From positions 2,666,001-2,730,000 of the forward strand of contig NC_090340.1 of assembly GCF_035084215.1 (NCBI RefSeq): 64,000 bases of DNA, written 5' to 3'. Shown here piece after piece: positions 38,641 to 51,015 of this stretch. This DNA comes from Heptranchias perlo (Eukaryota). Both the position numbers and the translations under genes were made by a program. The notes under the pieces were generated by a model. It was not told the origin of the DNA. It did not search any database and saw only the letters and a list, made by a program, of their open reading frames with translations. Numbering within the stretch: position 1 is the first letter of the stretch; every line of letters starts with the position of its first letter.

Positions 38641-38670
38641 GGATAGATAAATAGATAGATAGATAGATAG
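38641..38670. repeat. (GATA)n microsatellite in the leader-V intron
   Basis: gatagataaatagatagatagatagatag. Confidence 0.85.
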
Positions 38671-38708
38671 CTAGAAGAAAGAAAAGGAAAAAGAAAGCCG
38701 GAGAATAC

Positions 38709-38754
38709 CTTTGTAAATAATCCCCAGGGCCCATATGTACTGACACACAAACAT
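38709..38754 (-). CDS. Ig receptor copy 1, leader exon (MFVCQYIWALGIIYK)
   Basis: ATG at 38754; 46 nt ending in a phase-1 donor aag|gtattc that joins the V exon in frame (..YKVAPA|EVFQTP). Confidence 0.78.
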
Positions 38755-40059
38755 TGTACAATGGATATTGATCTACCAATGAACCGCGGCTCTGATAGTT
38801 TGGAAGTATCTGTTTGTAGAAAATCCCATCCGACTTGTGATGTGACGGATGTCGTATCATACACCTAAAACTGCTTTCCATCAACTATTTTAAGAGGCGA
38901 GATGCGAACGTAAATGTTATTTAATGTGCGTAAGGACCTCATCTCAACAGGAACTGTAATCTGAAGTTAAACCAAAGCCCCACTGGTCGGCCTTTAATGC
39001 GGTTTATCTCAATGACATCATCAAGGAACTGACAGGTTCACAACACGTTGATCGAATTCACTGATCTGACAGATGCAGTTTATATTATGTAGAAGATGTA
39101 GAGAGGAAAGGGTGGAGGAGGGGAGGAGAGGAGGAGCAAGGAGGGGGAGCGAAGGATTGCAAATGAGAAGATTGGAAAGCTTGAAAAAAATATATATTTT
39201 GAGCTGAATCTGGTCCAAGAGATTCCATCCCTAACCCGCCAATATTTCCTCCCTCGGTCTATATTATCCATGCAGGACGGATTCGGAGCGGTAAAACGAT
39301 GATGTTGCAGATTTCCAAAGGCTGCGGCCAGGTAAAGGGGGAAATCAGAGGATGGATTTTCTTCTTCGGGTCGTAGTTCCTTCGGTGCGGGACTTCCACC
39401 CGCCCCTCCGAATCCACCCCGATCCTGATCCATGTTTATCTGGCTGAGCTACATCTGAAACGCACCTCGGTTCCCGGCGGTATTTCCGCATCCAAGAGAA
39501 AACTCGCCCTGCCAAGCTGCTAAATGGCAATGAGTCTCCACTGAAGCAGCTGGAGAGGCGGTCGGGTATTTAAAGGGGCTGAAAAGTGATCTAAAACGGC
39601 TAACCAGCAGCAACAGCTGGCCCACGCCAGAAAATAAGTGGAGTCAGGTTGGAGGGACGGATAGCGGGCTACAAGGCCCATCCATTGGGCCACTTCCCTT
39701 GAGTCACCACCACCTTCCACACAGAGGCTCAGGGGAGCATCGGCAGATGCCAGGAGAATGTGAAAGGGGATCTGAGTTTTGACCCTCCTCCCCACTTGCA
39801 TCTGGCGGGAGGAGAAGGAGCAGCCAGTGGCAATGTCGGCGGGGGTGGGGTGTGGGAAATCCAGGTTGGAGCGGTGAGGCGGAGATTGGCCTCACCTCCA
39901 GAATATTCCTCCTTTCTCCGGCGCTTTTCCCATCCAGTTCCATGTTGGATTGTGCAGGAGATTCCAGCTTGAATTTTTGTGAAGCAGAGGGTGCAAGATA
40001 TCAGAGGGAGCAGCAGCGCTTGGGGAGGGGAATCGGTATCAGGATGATCTCCCAGATTC

Positions 40060-40300
40060 TTTTTTTATTCGTTCATGGGATGTGGGCGTCGCTGGCCAGG
40101 CCAGCATTTATTGCCCATCCCTAATTGCCCTTTAGAAGGTGGTGGTGAGCCGCCTTCTTGAACCGCTGCAGTCCATGTGGTGAAGGTTCTCCCACAGTGC
40201 TGTTAGGAAGGGAGTTCCAGGATTTTGACCCAGCCACGATGAAGGAAAGGCGATATATTTCCAAGTCGGGATGGTGTGTGACTTGGAGGGGAACGTGACG
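40060..40300 (-). mobile_element. 3' tail of a second LINE/SINE family
   Basis: Reverse complement of 50790-51015. Confidence 0.75.
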
Positions 40301-40511
40301 CTCCGTGGAGATAAGAACATAAGAACATAAGAAATTGGAGCAGGAGTAGGCCAATCGGCCCCTCGAGCCTGCTCCGCCATTCAATAAGATCATGGCTGAT
40401 CTGATCCCAACCACAAATCTAAAGAACACAAGAAGTCGGAGCAGGACCCGGCCACATAGCCCCTGGGCCCTCTCCGCCACCCACAGGGCATTGACCGATC
40501 CGAACTCAGCT

Positions 40512-43454
40512 TCATGTCCAATTTCCTGCCCGCTCCCCATAACCCCTAATTCCCTTTACTTCTAGGAAACTGTCTATTTCTGTTTTAAATGTATCTAATG
40601 ATGTAGCTTCCACAGCTTCCTGGGGCAGCAAATTCCACAGACCGACCACCCTCTGAGTGAAGAAGTTTCTCCTCATCTCAGTTTTGAAAGAGCAGCCCCT
40701 TATTCTAAGATTATGCCCCCTAGTTCTAGTTTCACCCATCTTTGGGAACATCCTTACTGCATCCACCCGATCAAGACCCTTCACAATCTTATATGTTTCA
40801 ATAAGATCGCCTCTCATTCTTCTGAACTCCAATGAGTAGAGTCCCAATCTACTCAACCTCTCCTCATATGTCCGCCCCCTCATCCCCGGGATTAACCGAG
40901 TGAACCTTCTTTGTACTGCCTCGAGAGCAAGTATGTCTTTTCTTAAGTATGGAGACCAAAACTGTATGCAGTATTCCAGGTGCGGTCTCACCAATACCTT
41001 ATATAACTGCAGCAATACCTCCTTGTTTTTATATTCTATCCCCCTAGCAATAAAAGCCAACATTCCGTTGGCTTTCTTGATCACCTGCTGCACCTGCATA
41101 CCAACTTTTTGATTTTCTTGCACTAGGACCCCCAGATCCCTTTGTACTGCAGTACTTTCCAGTCTCTCGCCATTAAGAAAATAACTTGCTCTCTGATTTT
41201 TCCTGCCAAAGTGCATAACCTCACATTTTCCAATATTATATTGCATCTGCCAAATCTCCGCCCACTCACCCAGCCTGTCTATATCCCCTTGCAGGTTTTT
41301 TATGTCCTCCTCACTCTCTACTTTCCCTCCCATCTTTGTATCATCTGCAAATTTTGATATGTTGCACTCGGTCCCCTCCTCCAAATCGTTAATATAGATT
41401 GTAAAGAGTTGGGGACCCAGCACCGACCCCTGTGGAACACCACTGGTTACTGGTTGCCAGTCCGAAAATGAACCATTTATCCCAACTCTCTGCTTCCTGT
41501 TTGATAACCAATCCTCCACCCATGCCAGAATATTACACCCAATCCCGTGATTTTTTATCTTAAGTAATAATCTTTTATGTGGCACCTTGTCGAATGCCTT
41601 CTGGAAGTCTAAATACACTATGTCCACTGGTTCCCCTTTATCCACCCTATACGTTATATCCTCGAAGAACTCAAGCAAATTTGTCAGACATGACTTCCCC
41701 TTCATAAAGCCATGCTGACTTTGTCCTATTAAATTATGCTTATCTAAATGTTCCGTTACTGTCTCCTTAATAATAGACTCCAAAATTTTACCCACCACAG
41801 ATGTTAAGCTAACTGGCCTATAATTTCCAGCCTTCTGCCTACTACCCTTTTTTAATAACGGTGTTACATTAGCAGTTTTCCAATCTGCCGGGACCTCTCC
41901 TGAGTCCAGGGAATTTTGGAAAACTATCACCAAAGCATCCACAATCCCTACTGCCACTTCCCTCAAGACCCTAGGATGGAAGCCATCAGGTCCAGGGGAT
42001 TTATCCGCCTTGAGTCCCATTATTTTACTGAGTACCATCTCCTGAGTGATTTTAATCGTATTTAGCTCCTCCCCCCCGAGAGTCCCCTGTTTGTCCAGTG
42101 TTGGGATATTCTTAGTGTCCTCTACTGTAAAGACTGAAACAAAATATTTGTTCAGCATTTTTGCCATCTCCATGTTTCCCACCATTAATTTCCCGGTCTC
42201 ATCCTCTAAGGGACCTATGTTTGCCTTAGCCACCCTTTTTCTTTTTATATAACTATAGAAACTCTTGCTATCTGTTTTTATATTTTTTGCTAATTTCTTT
42301 TCATAATCTAACTTCCCTTTCTTAATCAATCCTTTAGTTACTTTTTGCTGTCTTTTGAAGAATTCCCAATCTTCTATCCTCCCACTAAGTTTGGCTACCT
42401 TATATGTCCTTGTTTTTAGTCGGATACTATCCTTGATTTCTTTACTTAGCCACGGGTGGCTGTCATTTCTTTTACACCCTTTTTTCCTCAGTGGAATATA
42501 TTTATTTTGAAAGTTGTAAAATAACTCCCTAAATGAACACCACTGCTCATGTACCGTCTTACCCTTTAATCTATTTTCCCAGTCCACTTTAATCAATTCC
42601 GCTCTCATACCATCATAGTCTCCTTTATTCAAGCTCAGTACGCTTGTTTGAGAATCAACCTTCTCACCCTCTAATTGGATATGGAATTCAACCATGTTGT
42701 GGTCGCTCGTTCCAAGGGGATCCTTAACTAGGACATTATTAATTAATCCTGACTCATTAAACAGGACCAGGTCCAAGGTTGCCTGCCCCCTTGTAGGATC
42801 AGTTACATACTGCTCAAGAAATCCATCCCTGATGCACTCAATGAACTCGTCCTCAAGGCTGCACTGCCCAATTTGATTTGTCCAGTTAATATGATAATTA
42901 AAATCCCCCATAATTATGGCTGTTCCCTTATTACATGCCCCGACTATCTCCTGATTAATACTTCTTCCAGCAGAGTTGTAACTATTAGGAGGCCTATATA
43001 CTACGCCCACTAATGTTTTTTTCCCCTTATTATTCCTTATCTCCACCCAAACTGTTTCATTATCTTGATGCTTTGTCCCAATATCATTTATCTGTATTAC
43101 AGTGATTCCTTCCTTTATTAACATAGCCACCCCACCTCCCCTTCCTTCCTGCCTGTCCTTCCTGATTGTTAAATACCCTGGCATATTTAATTCCCAGTCG
43201 TTGTCACCCTGCAGCCATGTTTCTGTAATGGCCACAAGATCATACCCATACGTAGTTATTTGTGCCGTTAACTCGTCCATTTTATTACGAATGCTACGTG
43301 CATTCAGATAAAGAACTTTCAAATCTGTTTTGTGACGCTTAGTTCCTGCTTTTTCCTTTTTTAACACTTTACCTATTACTCCATACCTTCTGTCCCTTCC
43401 TGTTACGCTTTCCTCTCTCTCCCTGCTCAGGTTCCCAACCCCCTGCCACTTTAG
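40512..43454 (-). CDS. CR1 ORF2: APE endonuclease plus reverse transcriptase (frame open from the ORF1 overlap)
   Basis: LYLNARS, ITETWL, MGDFN, SDHN, PQGSVLGP, FADD; the 951-aa track starts at GTG and the frame is open 31 codons further upstream. Confidence 0.95.
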   Translation of the reverse strand, partial: LKWQGVGNLSREREESVTGRDRRYGVIGKVLKKEKAGTKRHKTDLKVLYLNARSIRNKMDELTAQITTYGYDLVAITETWLQGDNDWELNMPGYLTIRKDRQEGRGGGVAMLIKEGITVIQINDIGTKHQDNETVWVEIRNNKGKKTLVGVVYRPPNSYNSAGRSINQEIVGACNKGTAIIMGDFNYHINWTNQIGQCSLEDEFIECIRDGFLEQYVTDPTRGQATLDLVLFNESGLINNVLVKDPLGTSDHNMVEFHIQLEGEKVDSQTSVLSLNKGDYDGMRAELIKVDWENRLKGKTVHEQWCSFRELFYNFQNKYIPLRKKGCKRNDSHPWLSKEIKDSIRLKTRTYKVAKLSGRIEDWEFFKRQQKVTKGLIKKGKLDYEKKLAKNIKTDSKSFYSYIKRKRVAKANIGPLEDETGKLMVGNMEMAKMLNKYFVSVFTVEDTKNIPTLDKQGTLGGEELNTIKITQEMVLSKIMGLKADKSPGPDGFHPRVLREVAVGIVDALVIVFQNSLDSGEVPADWKTANVTPLLKKGSRQKAGNYRPVSLTSVVGKILESIIKETVTEHLDKHNLIGQSQHGFMKGKSCLTNLLEFFEDITYRVDKGEPVDIVYLDFQKAFDKVPHKRLLLKIKNHGIGCNILAWVEDWLSNRKQRVGINGSFSDWQPVTSGVPQGSVLGPQLFTIYINDLEEGTECNISKFADDTKMGGKVESEEDIKNLQGDIDRLGEWAEIWQMQYNIGKCEVMHFGRKNQRASYFLNGERLESTAVQRDLGVLVQENQKVGMQVQQVIKKANGMLAFIARGIEYKNKEVLLQLYKVLVRPHLEYCIQFWSPYLRKDILALEAVQRRFTRLIPGMRGRTYEERLSRLGLYSLEFRRMRGDLIETYKIVKGLDRVDAVRMFPKMGETRTRGHNLRIRGCSFKTEMRRNFFTQRVVGLWNLLPQEAVEATSLDTFKTEIDSFLEVKGIRGYGERAGNWT

Positions 43455-44401
43455 TTTAAACCCTCCCCAACAGCACTAGCAAACACTCCTCCTAGGACAG
43501 CGGTCCCGGCCCTGCCCAGGTGCAGACCGTCCGGTTTGTACTGGTCCCACCTCCCCCAGAACCGTTTCCAGTGTCCCAGGAATTTGAATCCCTCCCCCTT
43601 GCACCATTCCTCTAGCCACGTATTCATTTGAAATATCCTCCTATTTCTACTCTGACTAGCACGTGGCACTGGCAGCAATCCTGAGATTACTACCTTTGAG
43701 GTCCTATTTTTTAATTTACCTCCTAACTCCCTATATTCTGCTTTTAGGACCTCATCCCCTTTTTTACCTATATCGTTGGTGCCTATGTGCACCACGACAG
43801 CTGGCTGTTCGCCCTCCCCCTCCAAAATGTTCTGTAGCCGCTCCGAGACATCCTTGATCCTTGCACCAGGGAGGCAACACACCATCCTGGAGTCTCGGTT
43901 GCGGCCGCAGAAACGCCTGTCTATTCCCCTTACAATTGAGTCCCCTATCACTATAGCTCTGCCACTCTTTTTCCTCCCAGCCTGTGCAGCAGAGCTACCC
44001 GTGGTGCCAGGAAGTTGGCTGCTGCTGCCTTCCCCTGATAAGTCATCCCCCCCAACAGCATCCAAAGTGGCATATCTGTTTGAGAGGGGGATGGACACAG
44101 GGGACCCCTGCACTACCTGCCTGCATCTCTTACTCTTCCTGGTGGTCACCCATTCACTTCCTGCCTGTATACCCTTTACCTGCGGTGTGACCAACTCGCT
44201 AAACGTGCTATCCACGAGTTTCTCTGCATCGCGGATGCTCCACAGTGAGTCCACCCGCAGCTCCAGCTCCGAGATACGATCGGTCAGTAGCTGCAGGTGG
44301 ACACACTTCCCGCACACATGGTCGGCAGGGACACTGGTAGTGTCCATGACTTCCCACATCTTGCAGGAGGAGCATATCACGGGTGCGAGGTCTGCTGCCA
44401 T
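43451..44401 (-). CDS. CR1 ORF1: zinc finger/leucine zipper plus SGNH esterase-like domain (316 aa from ATG 44401)
   Basis: CSSC..CGKC, GDS, HIGTND, DGLH motifs. Confidence 0.93.
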   Translation of the reverse strand: MAADLAPVICSSCKMWEVMDTTSVPADHVCGKCVHLQLLTDRISELELRVDSLWSIRDAEKLVDSTFSELVTPQVKGIQAGSEWVTTRKSKRCRQVVQGSPVSIPLSNRYATLDAVGGDDLSGEGSSSQLPGTTGSSAAQAGRKKSGRAIVIGDSIVRGIDRRFCGRNRDSRMVCCLPGARIKDVSERLQNILEGEGEQPAVVVHIGTNDIGKKGDEVLKAEYRELGGKLKNRTSKVVISGLLPVPRASQSRNRRIFQMNTWLEEWCKGEGFKFLGHWKRFWGRWDQYKPDGLHLGRAGTAVLGGVFASAVGEGLN

Positions 44402-44411
44402 GTTCACGTCA

Positions 44412-45046
44412 GAGTGAGAAGGAATGGAAGATGAAATTGAATTCAGAAAAGTGAGAAGTGATTCATTTGGATGGTAGAATAAGGAAAGGCAATATAAATT
44501 AAATGGTACAATCTTAAAGGGGATGCAGGAATAGAGAGACCTGGAGATTTACATGCACAAATCTTTGAAGGCGGCAGGACAAGTTGATAAGGCTGTTTAA
44601 AAAGCACACCTGATCCTGGGCTTTATAAATAGATGCGTAGAGTACAAAAGCAAAGAAGTTTTGGTAAACCTTTATAAGGTTTCAAAATTATGAAGAGTGT
44701 TGATAGAGTAAATAAGGAGAAACTGTTTCCAGTGGAAGGAGGGTCGGTAACCAGAGGACTCAGGTTTAAGGTAATTGGTAAAGGAACCAAAGGGGAGATG
44801 GGGAGAATTTTTTTGATGCAGCAAGTTGTTATGATCAGGAATGCACTGCCTGAAAAGGGCGTGGAAGCAGATTCAATAATAACTTTCAAAAGTGAATTGG
44901 ATAAATACTTGATAAAGAAAAAAACACCAGGGTTGTGGGGAAAGGGTGGGTAGAGTGGGACTAATTGTTAGCTCTCTCAAAGAGCAGGCAAATGCACGAT
45001 GGGCCTAATGGCCGCCCTCTGTGCGGTATTACTCTATGAATCTATG
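44412..45046 (+). mobile_element. Older CR1 3' fragment
   Basis: KLFPVEGGSVTRG motif; ctatgaatctatga tail. Confidence 0.85.
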
Positions 45047-47167
45047 AAGATTGGCAAAATATGTGCAGAAAACCCATGGGGGTGAAATTCAACTTTGGCG
45101 GGGTGTATAACAGGCGGTAGCGGATTGGCCGTCCGTTACACACCCAGCCTGAGTTGCTTTTCCATTTACTTCAATGTTATGAGCCTCCGATCAAACCTTG
45201 TCAGTTTCCCGCAGGGACGATTAGGTTAATATTACCCCGGGCCGTTTCCCGAGGCATTCCGCGCAACATCAGTCGAATTACGTCGGACGATGGGAAAAAC
45301 TGCTGCGAAATAATTGAGCCTGCCTTCCAATGCCCTGACACCTGTCTTCCCGATTCCTTGGCCACACCCTTTGAGGGAGAGGGGCGGTTTCACAAATTAC
45401 TCCGCCGCCATCTCCATCGATCCTCCGGAGATCAGAGTCCAATATTACTGTGAAAGTGTACAGAAAAAGGCCATATGATGCATTTAGGGAACTATTTCTA
45501 TGGTTTGAATATAACAGACGGGGTATTGAAATTTAGAGGGCATGTGAAGTTCACAGAAATCCTGCAGTGAAATGACCACACAGGCCTCCTCAGTATTCCC
45601 TCTCCTTCCTCCGAATCCAATTCTGCCATTGGCAGACCCAATGGTTCCCGTGCGGCGTAGCAGCCAGTAAAATGAGACATTTGAAGATGGGCAGAATTAA
45701 CTTTCTCCTGATGTGTGAACTTAGTTGTTAAATCTATCTTTAAACGTGGCGTGTAATAGTTACAGTTGCTGACCACATAACCTGTTCCCATAATGTTGCA
45801 ATAATCTCAGCGCTTGAAGTATTGATGCCCCGAGAGATGCTAAGAGCCGCTTCCTTATTTATACGTAAACAGCGATGTTAGAATAAATGTAGGACAACAG
45901 CTTTCAGTGCAACAGAAACCGCATCACAGTTTTGGTAAACGGTCAGATTAGGTCGTATCTAGCTGTGTACGAGAGAAGTAGAACAACCACTCTTTAACCC
46001 CTTCACTGCTGTAGCTAAAAGTCCAATATTTCTATTTCATTGCATCTATCCACTTAAAGGGATGACATTTCTGTTGGCGCTATCTGCAGCACGCTGGTTC
46101 TTTTGCAGACATCCCAAGTTGTCCCCAGAGATTTGTAAGATATCTCGTGCTAATCAGCTAAGTAGCTTTTCCTGCTCATACAGCCGAATATATTACAGAG
46201 TCGTGACCATCTGAAACTCGTGCACACAAAACTGAGCTTTTTATATACATAAAAACCTGTACAACTTTCAACATTGACAGTCCCGTGGGACACGGGGAGC
46301 TTGGGGAGCTCATCACCGAACCTATTCATTGAGGTCCTTCATCACCTGCGGATATTGTACCACGACCATTAATACTCAGTATAATGGGTTTCACATTTTA
46401 TCATCTTTCGTCAGAATTATACTTTTTAATTGAAATTGTTCGGTGACAGTCAAGGGCACATGATTGTTTCAAAAGAAAGGAAGAGAAAAGGAGATAAATC
46501 CAAAAGCACCGATTAGGTCACGCCTCAGTACCCCAGCTCTCCCATGATATCATCCAGACACATCTTCAATGAACCTAATAGTGTTGGTTCTGTGGCCCCC
46601 GTTGAAGAAGAATTCCAGCCTCTGAGTAACAAACAATACTCTAGGGGAATCAAGGGATATGGGGATCAGGCGGTAAAGTGGAGTCGAGGTCGAAGATCAG
46701 CCAGGATCTGATTGAATAGCGGAGCAGGCTCGATGGGTCCTATGGCCTACTTCTGCTCCTATTTCTTAGGTTTTTATGTTCCAGATCGCTGCTAAATGGG
46801 TAATAATACCATGAGAAAAGTCAAGGACCAGTAAAAACTAGCCGGCCCACTGTAGCTCATCGCCCTAGTATCCCATCTCTCCCAATAAAGCATTCATAAA
46901 CATTTACAATGCATCTAACCGTTTTCGTTCTGTAGCCCCTTTTGAAGAAATACTCCAGCCTCTGAGTAAAAAAAAAACCTTTCCGCTATCTGTTTTAAAA
47001 AGCATTTCTTACTTGTGTCGTTCTTTTTGTCTTCTAGTATTATTTCTTGGATTTAATTCGAACTCCTCCTTTCATCTCATCTATACTATTTAATGTTCTA
47101 TAGATCCCAGTAAGTTGCTCAATTAACTGCCTTCTTCCTAGGCTATGGTGTTTGAACTTATCTAGAC

Positions 47168-47535
47168 TTGGCTCAATGGTAGCACTCTAGTCTCTGTTTC
47201 AGAAGGTGAATGTTTCAATCTCTACTCCAAAAATTTGAGCACATAATCACATGTCAGTTCAGTACTGAGAGAACGCTGCATTGTCGGAGGTGCTATCTTG
47301 AGGATGAGAAGTTAAATCAAATCCTTGGCTGCCCTCTCAGGTGGACGTAAAACATCCCATGACACCATTCGAAGAACAACAGGAGAGGTCTCCTGGTCTC
47401 CTGGCCAACATTTATCATTCAACCAACATCACAAAATTGTTGTTTATTGGACCTTGCTGTGTGCAAATTGGCTGCCCTGTCTCCCTACGTTACAACAGTT
47501 CGCAGAAAGCGCTATATAAATGCAAGTTCTTCATT
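47168..47535 (+). mobile_element. tRNA-derived Deu-domain SINE
   Basis: A/B-box-like head (ggctcaatggtagcactc...gtttcaatc), Deu core (ggatgagaagttaaa...caggtggacgtaaaacatcccatg), L2-like tail gcgctatataaatgcaagtt. Confidence 0.72.
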
Positions 47536-47999
47536 TGTTTCTTCCTAGCTCATTTCCCATTCACTGAGATTAATTCTGCTCCACTCCTTGAACCCAATCC
47601 AATTCCTATGGCTAAAAGTCAATGGAAAAGAAATCGAGCGGTGTGCAAAATTCGTTGCCTATTCGCTACCACCAGTTTTCCGGTCCCGTCCAAGACGAAT
47701 TTATAGCCCATAAAGATTAAATCTACGTTCCTATAATATTCAAATCACTCACGTTACTGATACCTGACGGATCACGGTGTTCTAATTTAAGATTTATTTA
47801 TCAATCAGGAAACCATGCTAAATCCAACACTTTCCAAAGCTACACAGAATTCAAACACCACAAAACAGTAAATACCAAATACAAGTGCAAACACCAATTA
47901 AATGCCCGTGGCTTTGGAAGTCTAAGGCCTGATAACTCTTAGAGCAGGGCTTGGACATTCTGTCATTGGGATTTCTACAATCTATTTCATCCTCACCGT

Positions 48000-49300
48000 C
48001 TCAAATAATGACAATGTGCTTAAGGATTCAAAGACAGAATCTATTTGGTTAGAGTTAAGAAGCAAAACAGGAGCTGTTGCGCTGCTGGCTGTATAAGATA
48101 GACCACCAAATAGTGGGAAGGAGATGGAGGACCCAATTTGCAAGCACATTTCAGAAAGATGCAAAAACAACAGATAATGAGGGCCTTCAATTATCCTAAT
48201 ATAGACTGGGAAAAAAACAATGTAAAGGGCAAGGAGGGGGAGGAATTCCTGAAATGTGTACAGGGGAACTTTCTTGATCAGTAATTTTCCAGGCCAACGA
48301 GGAAGGAAGTAGTGCTGAATTTAGTTGTAGGGAATGAAGTGGGGCAAATGAAGCATATTTCGGTTGGAGAGCATTTGGGAAACAGTGATCACCGTATCAG
48401 AAGGTTTAGAGTAGTTATGGAAAAGGACAAGGAACAATCAAAAGTGATTGTGCTCAACTGGAAGAGGGCTAAATTCCATGAGCAGAAAAGGGGATCAGGT
48501 TCAGGTTAAATAGAAAGAAAGATCATCAGGTAAAATAGTAAATGTGCAAGGGGAGGTCTTCAAGGAGGAGATAGTTCAGGTACAGACTAGACACTATGAA
48601 GGGGAAATGAAGGACATAGGAACAGGAGTAGGCTATTCAGCCCCTCGAGCTTGTTCAGCCATTCAATTAGGTCATAGCTGATCTGTACCTTAAATCCATC
48701 TACCCACCTTGGTTCCATAACCCTTAATATCCTTGCCGAACTGAAATCTATCAATCTCTGTTTTGACATTTTCAATTGACCCCCAGCCTCAACAGCTTTT
48801 CAGAGAGAGAGTTCCAGATTTCCACTACCCTTTGTGTGAAGAATGTTTTCTGAAATCACCCCTGAACGGCCTAGCTCTAATTTTAAGGTTATGCCCTGTT
48901 GTAACTGCTCTCCCACCACAGGAAACAGTTTCTCTCTAACTACCCTATCAAATCCTTTAATCATCTTAAACACCTCAATTAGTTCATCCCTTAATCTTCT
49001 ATATTCAAGCTCTACATCCAAATCTAGAGCTCCCTGGATGACTAAAGAAATTGTGATTAAAATGAAACAGAAAAAGGAGGCTTATGATAAATGGTAGGCT
49101 CACTATACAGAAGACAATCAGGCAGAATAAAGAAAGTGCAGAGGAGAGCTGAAAAGGGAGATAAGAGGGGCAAAGAACGTGTATGAGTAAAGATTAGTGG
49201 GTAACATAAAAAGGAACACTAAAGTATTTGATAAACATATATAAAGTAAAAGGACAGTCAAAGAAAGGGTGGGGCCGATTGGGACCAACAAATGGATTGA
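48000..49300 (+). mobile_element. CR1 endonuclease-region fragment split by a minus-strand CR1 3' piece (~48612-49008)
   Basis: HLGNSDH, KSRAPWMT motifs; opposite-strand RRLRDELIEVFK. Confidence 0.8.
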
Positions 49301-50059
49301 ACATTATTACCCGCAATTTTCTGATAAGCTTCTCCATGCTTGCTCTGTACACCGGCTGATGTGGTGACGCAGCAAATTCCGCCCAAAGAGTTGGAGGCAA
49401 AGATGTTGGGGTTGTTCCAAATTCTGTTGCATGCTGTGATGGGAAAATGAGCGATGGAAGGGAATGTCGATTTCGTGCCACCTATTCGGTTCCTAAAATT
49501 GCAGCAAATTCACCCACTGTACAATACAAAATTCAGTTTCTCTGCTGTGGGTACACGCGGGAAACAAATCAATGAACTGGCATTTCCAGGCTGTGACCTG
49601 CGTGTTTCTTTAATTCATTCTCGGGATGTGAGCATTGCTGGCAAGACTGGTCTTTATTGGCCATCCCTTTTTGCACTGAAAAGGTGTTGGTGGGCTTGAC
49701 AGGACACTTCAGAGGGAAGTTATGAGTCAATCAAGTCCGTGTGGGATTGGAGTCACATATAGGCCAGACCGGGTAAGAACGGTAGGTTTCCTTCCCTAAT
49801 GGACATTGGTGAACCGATTGGGTTTTTGAACAATCCAACAGCTTCATGGTCACTTTTTCTAATACCAGCTTTATGTGTACAGATTTTTATTAAACAGAAT
49901 TCAAATTCTGAAACTGCCGTTGTGGGATTTCAACTCGCCTTCTCTGTATTTAGTTAGTTAGTTTAGTTAGAGTTAGTTAATGGGCACAACATTAGAGACA
50001 GGGGTTGTATAATTTTGCAACATATTCCAGGAGGCAAAAGCAGCCTTTTTTAAAGCAAC

Positions 50060-51015
50060 ATGTCCTAGGCCCAATCATCTTCAGCTGCTTCATCAATGAC
50101 CTTCCCTCCATCATAAGGTCAGAAGTGGGGATGTTCGCTGATGATTGCAAGTGTGCAGTTCCATTCACAATTCCTCAGATAATGAACCAGTCCTGTATGC
50201 AGCAAGACCTGGATAACATCCAGGCTTGGGCTGATAAGTGGCAAATAACATTCACACTACACAAGTGCCAGGCAATGACCATCTCCAACAAGAAAGCGTC
50301 TAACCACCTCCTCTGACATTCAATGACATTACCACCGTCGAATCCCCCACCATCAACATCCTGGGGGTCACCATTGACCAGAAACGTACCTGGACCAGTC
50401 ACATTAATAACGTGGTTGCAACAGCAGGTCAGAGGCTGGGTATTCTGTGGCGAGTGACTCACCTTCTGACTCCCCAAATCCTTCCCACTATCCACAAGGC
50501 ACACGTCAGGAGTGTGATGAAATACTGTCCACTTGCCTGGATGAATGATGCCTCAACAACACTCGAGAAGCTCGACATCTTCCAGGACAAAGCAGCCAGC
50601 TTGATTGGCACCCCATCCACCACCCTAAACATTCGCTCCCTTCACCACTGGCGTACCATGGATGCAGTGTGTACCATCCACAGGATGCACTGCAGCAACT
50701 CGCCAAGGCTTCTTCCAAAGCACCTCCCAAACCAGCGATCTCTACCACCTAGAAGTTCAAGGGCAGTAGGCGTTTGGAACGCCGTCACCTCCAAGTTGCC
50801 GTGCAAGTCACACACCATCGTGTGTACACCGTTCCCTTTTTGTGACTGGCTGAAAATCCTGGAACTCCCTTCCTAACAGCACTGTGGGAGAACATTAACC
50901 ACACGGACTGCAGCGGCTCAAGAAGGCGGCTCACCACCACCTTCTCAAGGGCAACTAGGGATGGGCAATAAATGCTGGCCTTGCCAGCGACGCCCATATC
51001 ACAAGAATGAATAAA
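50060..51015 (+). mobile_element. LINE (CR1/L2 clade) RT C-terminal fragment with 3' tail
   Basis: VLGPIIFSCFINDL, MFADD, VRSVMKYC motifs. Confidence 0.85.

Larger units (their letters stand above)
40313..44407 (-). mobile_element. Young CR1 LINE with both ORFs open, 5' UTR missing
   Basis: (aagaacat)n tail at 40313; ORF1 and ORF2 uninterrupted; element sequence appears to stop a few nt upstream of the ORF1 ATG, where an older CR1 RT fragment begins. Confidence 0.97.

Noticed and set aside
27510-43311. Numerous short ORFs antisense to CR1 ORF2
   Set aside because: Shadow frames of LINE coding sequence, repeated in each copy
45879-45959. Possible terminal exon IRPNLTVYQNC... after a strong polypyrimidine tract
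   Set aside because: Needs the second AG, has no homology to the other copies' tails and would belong to a pseudogene
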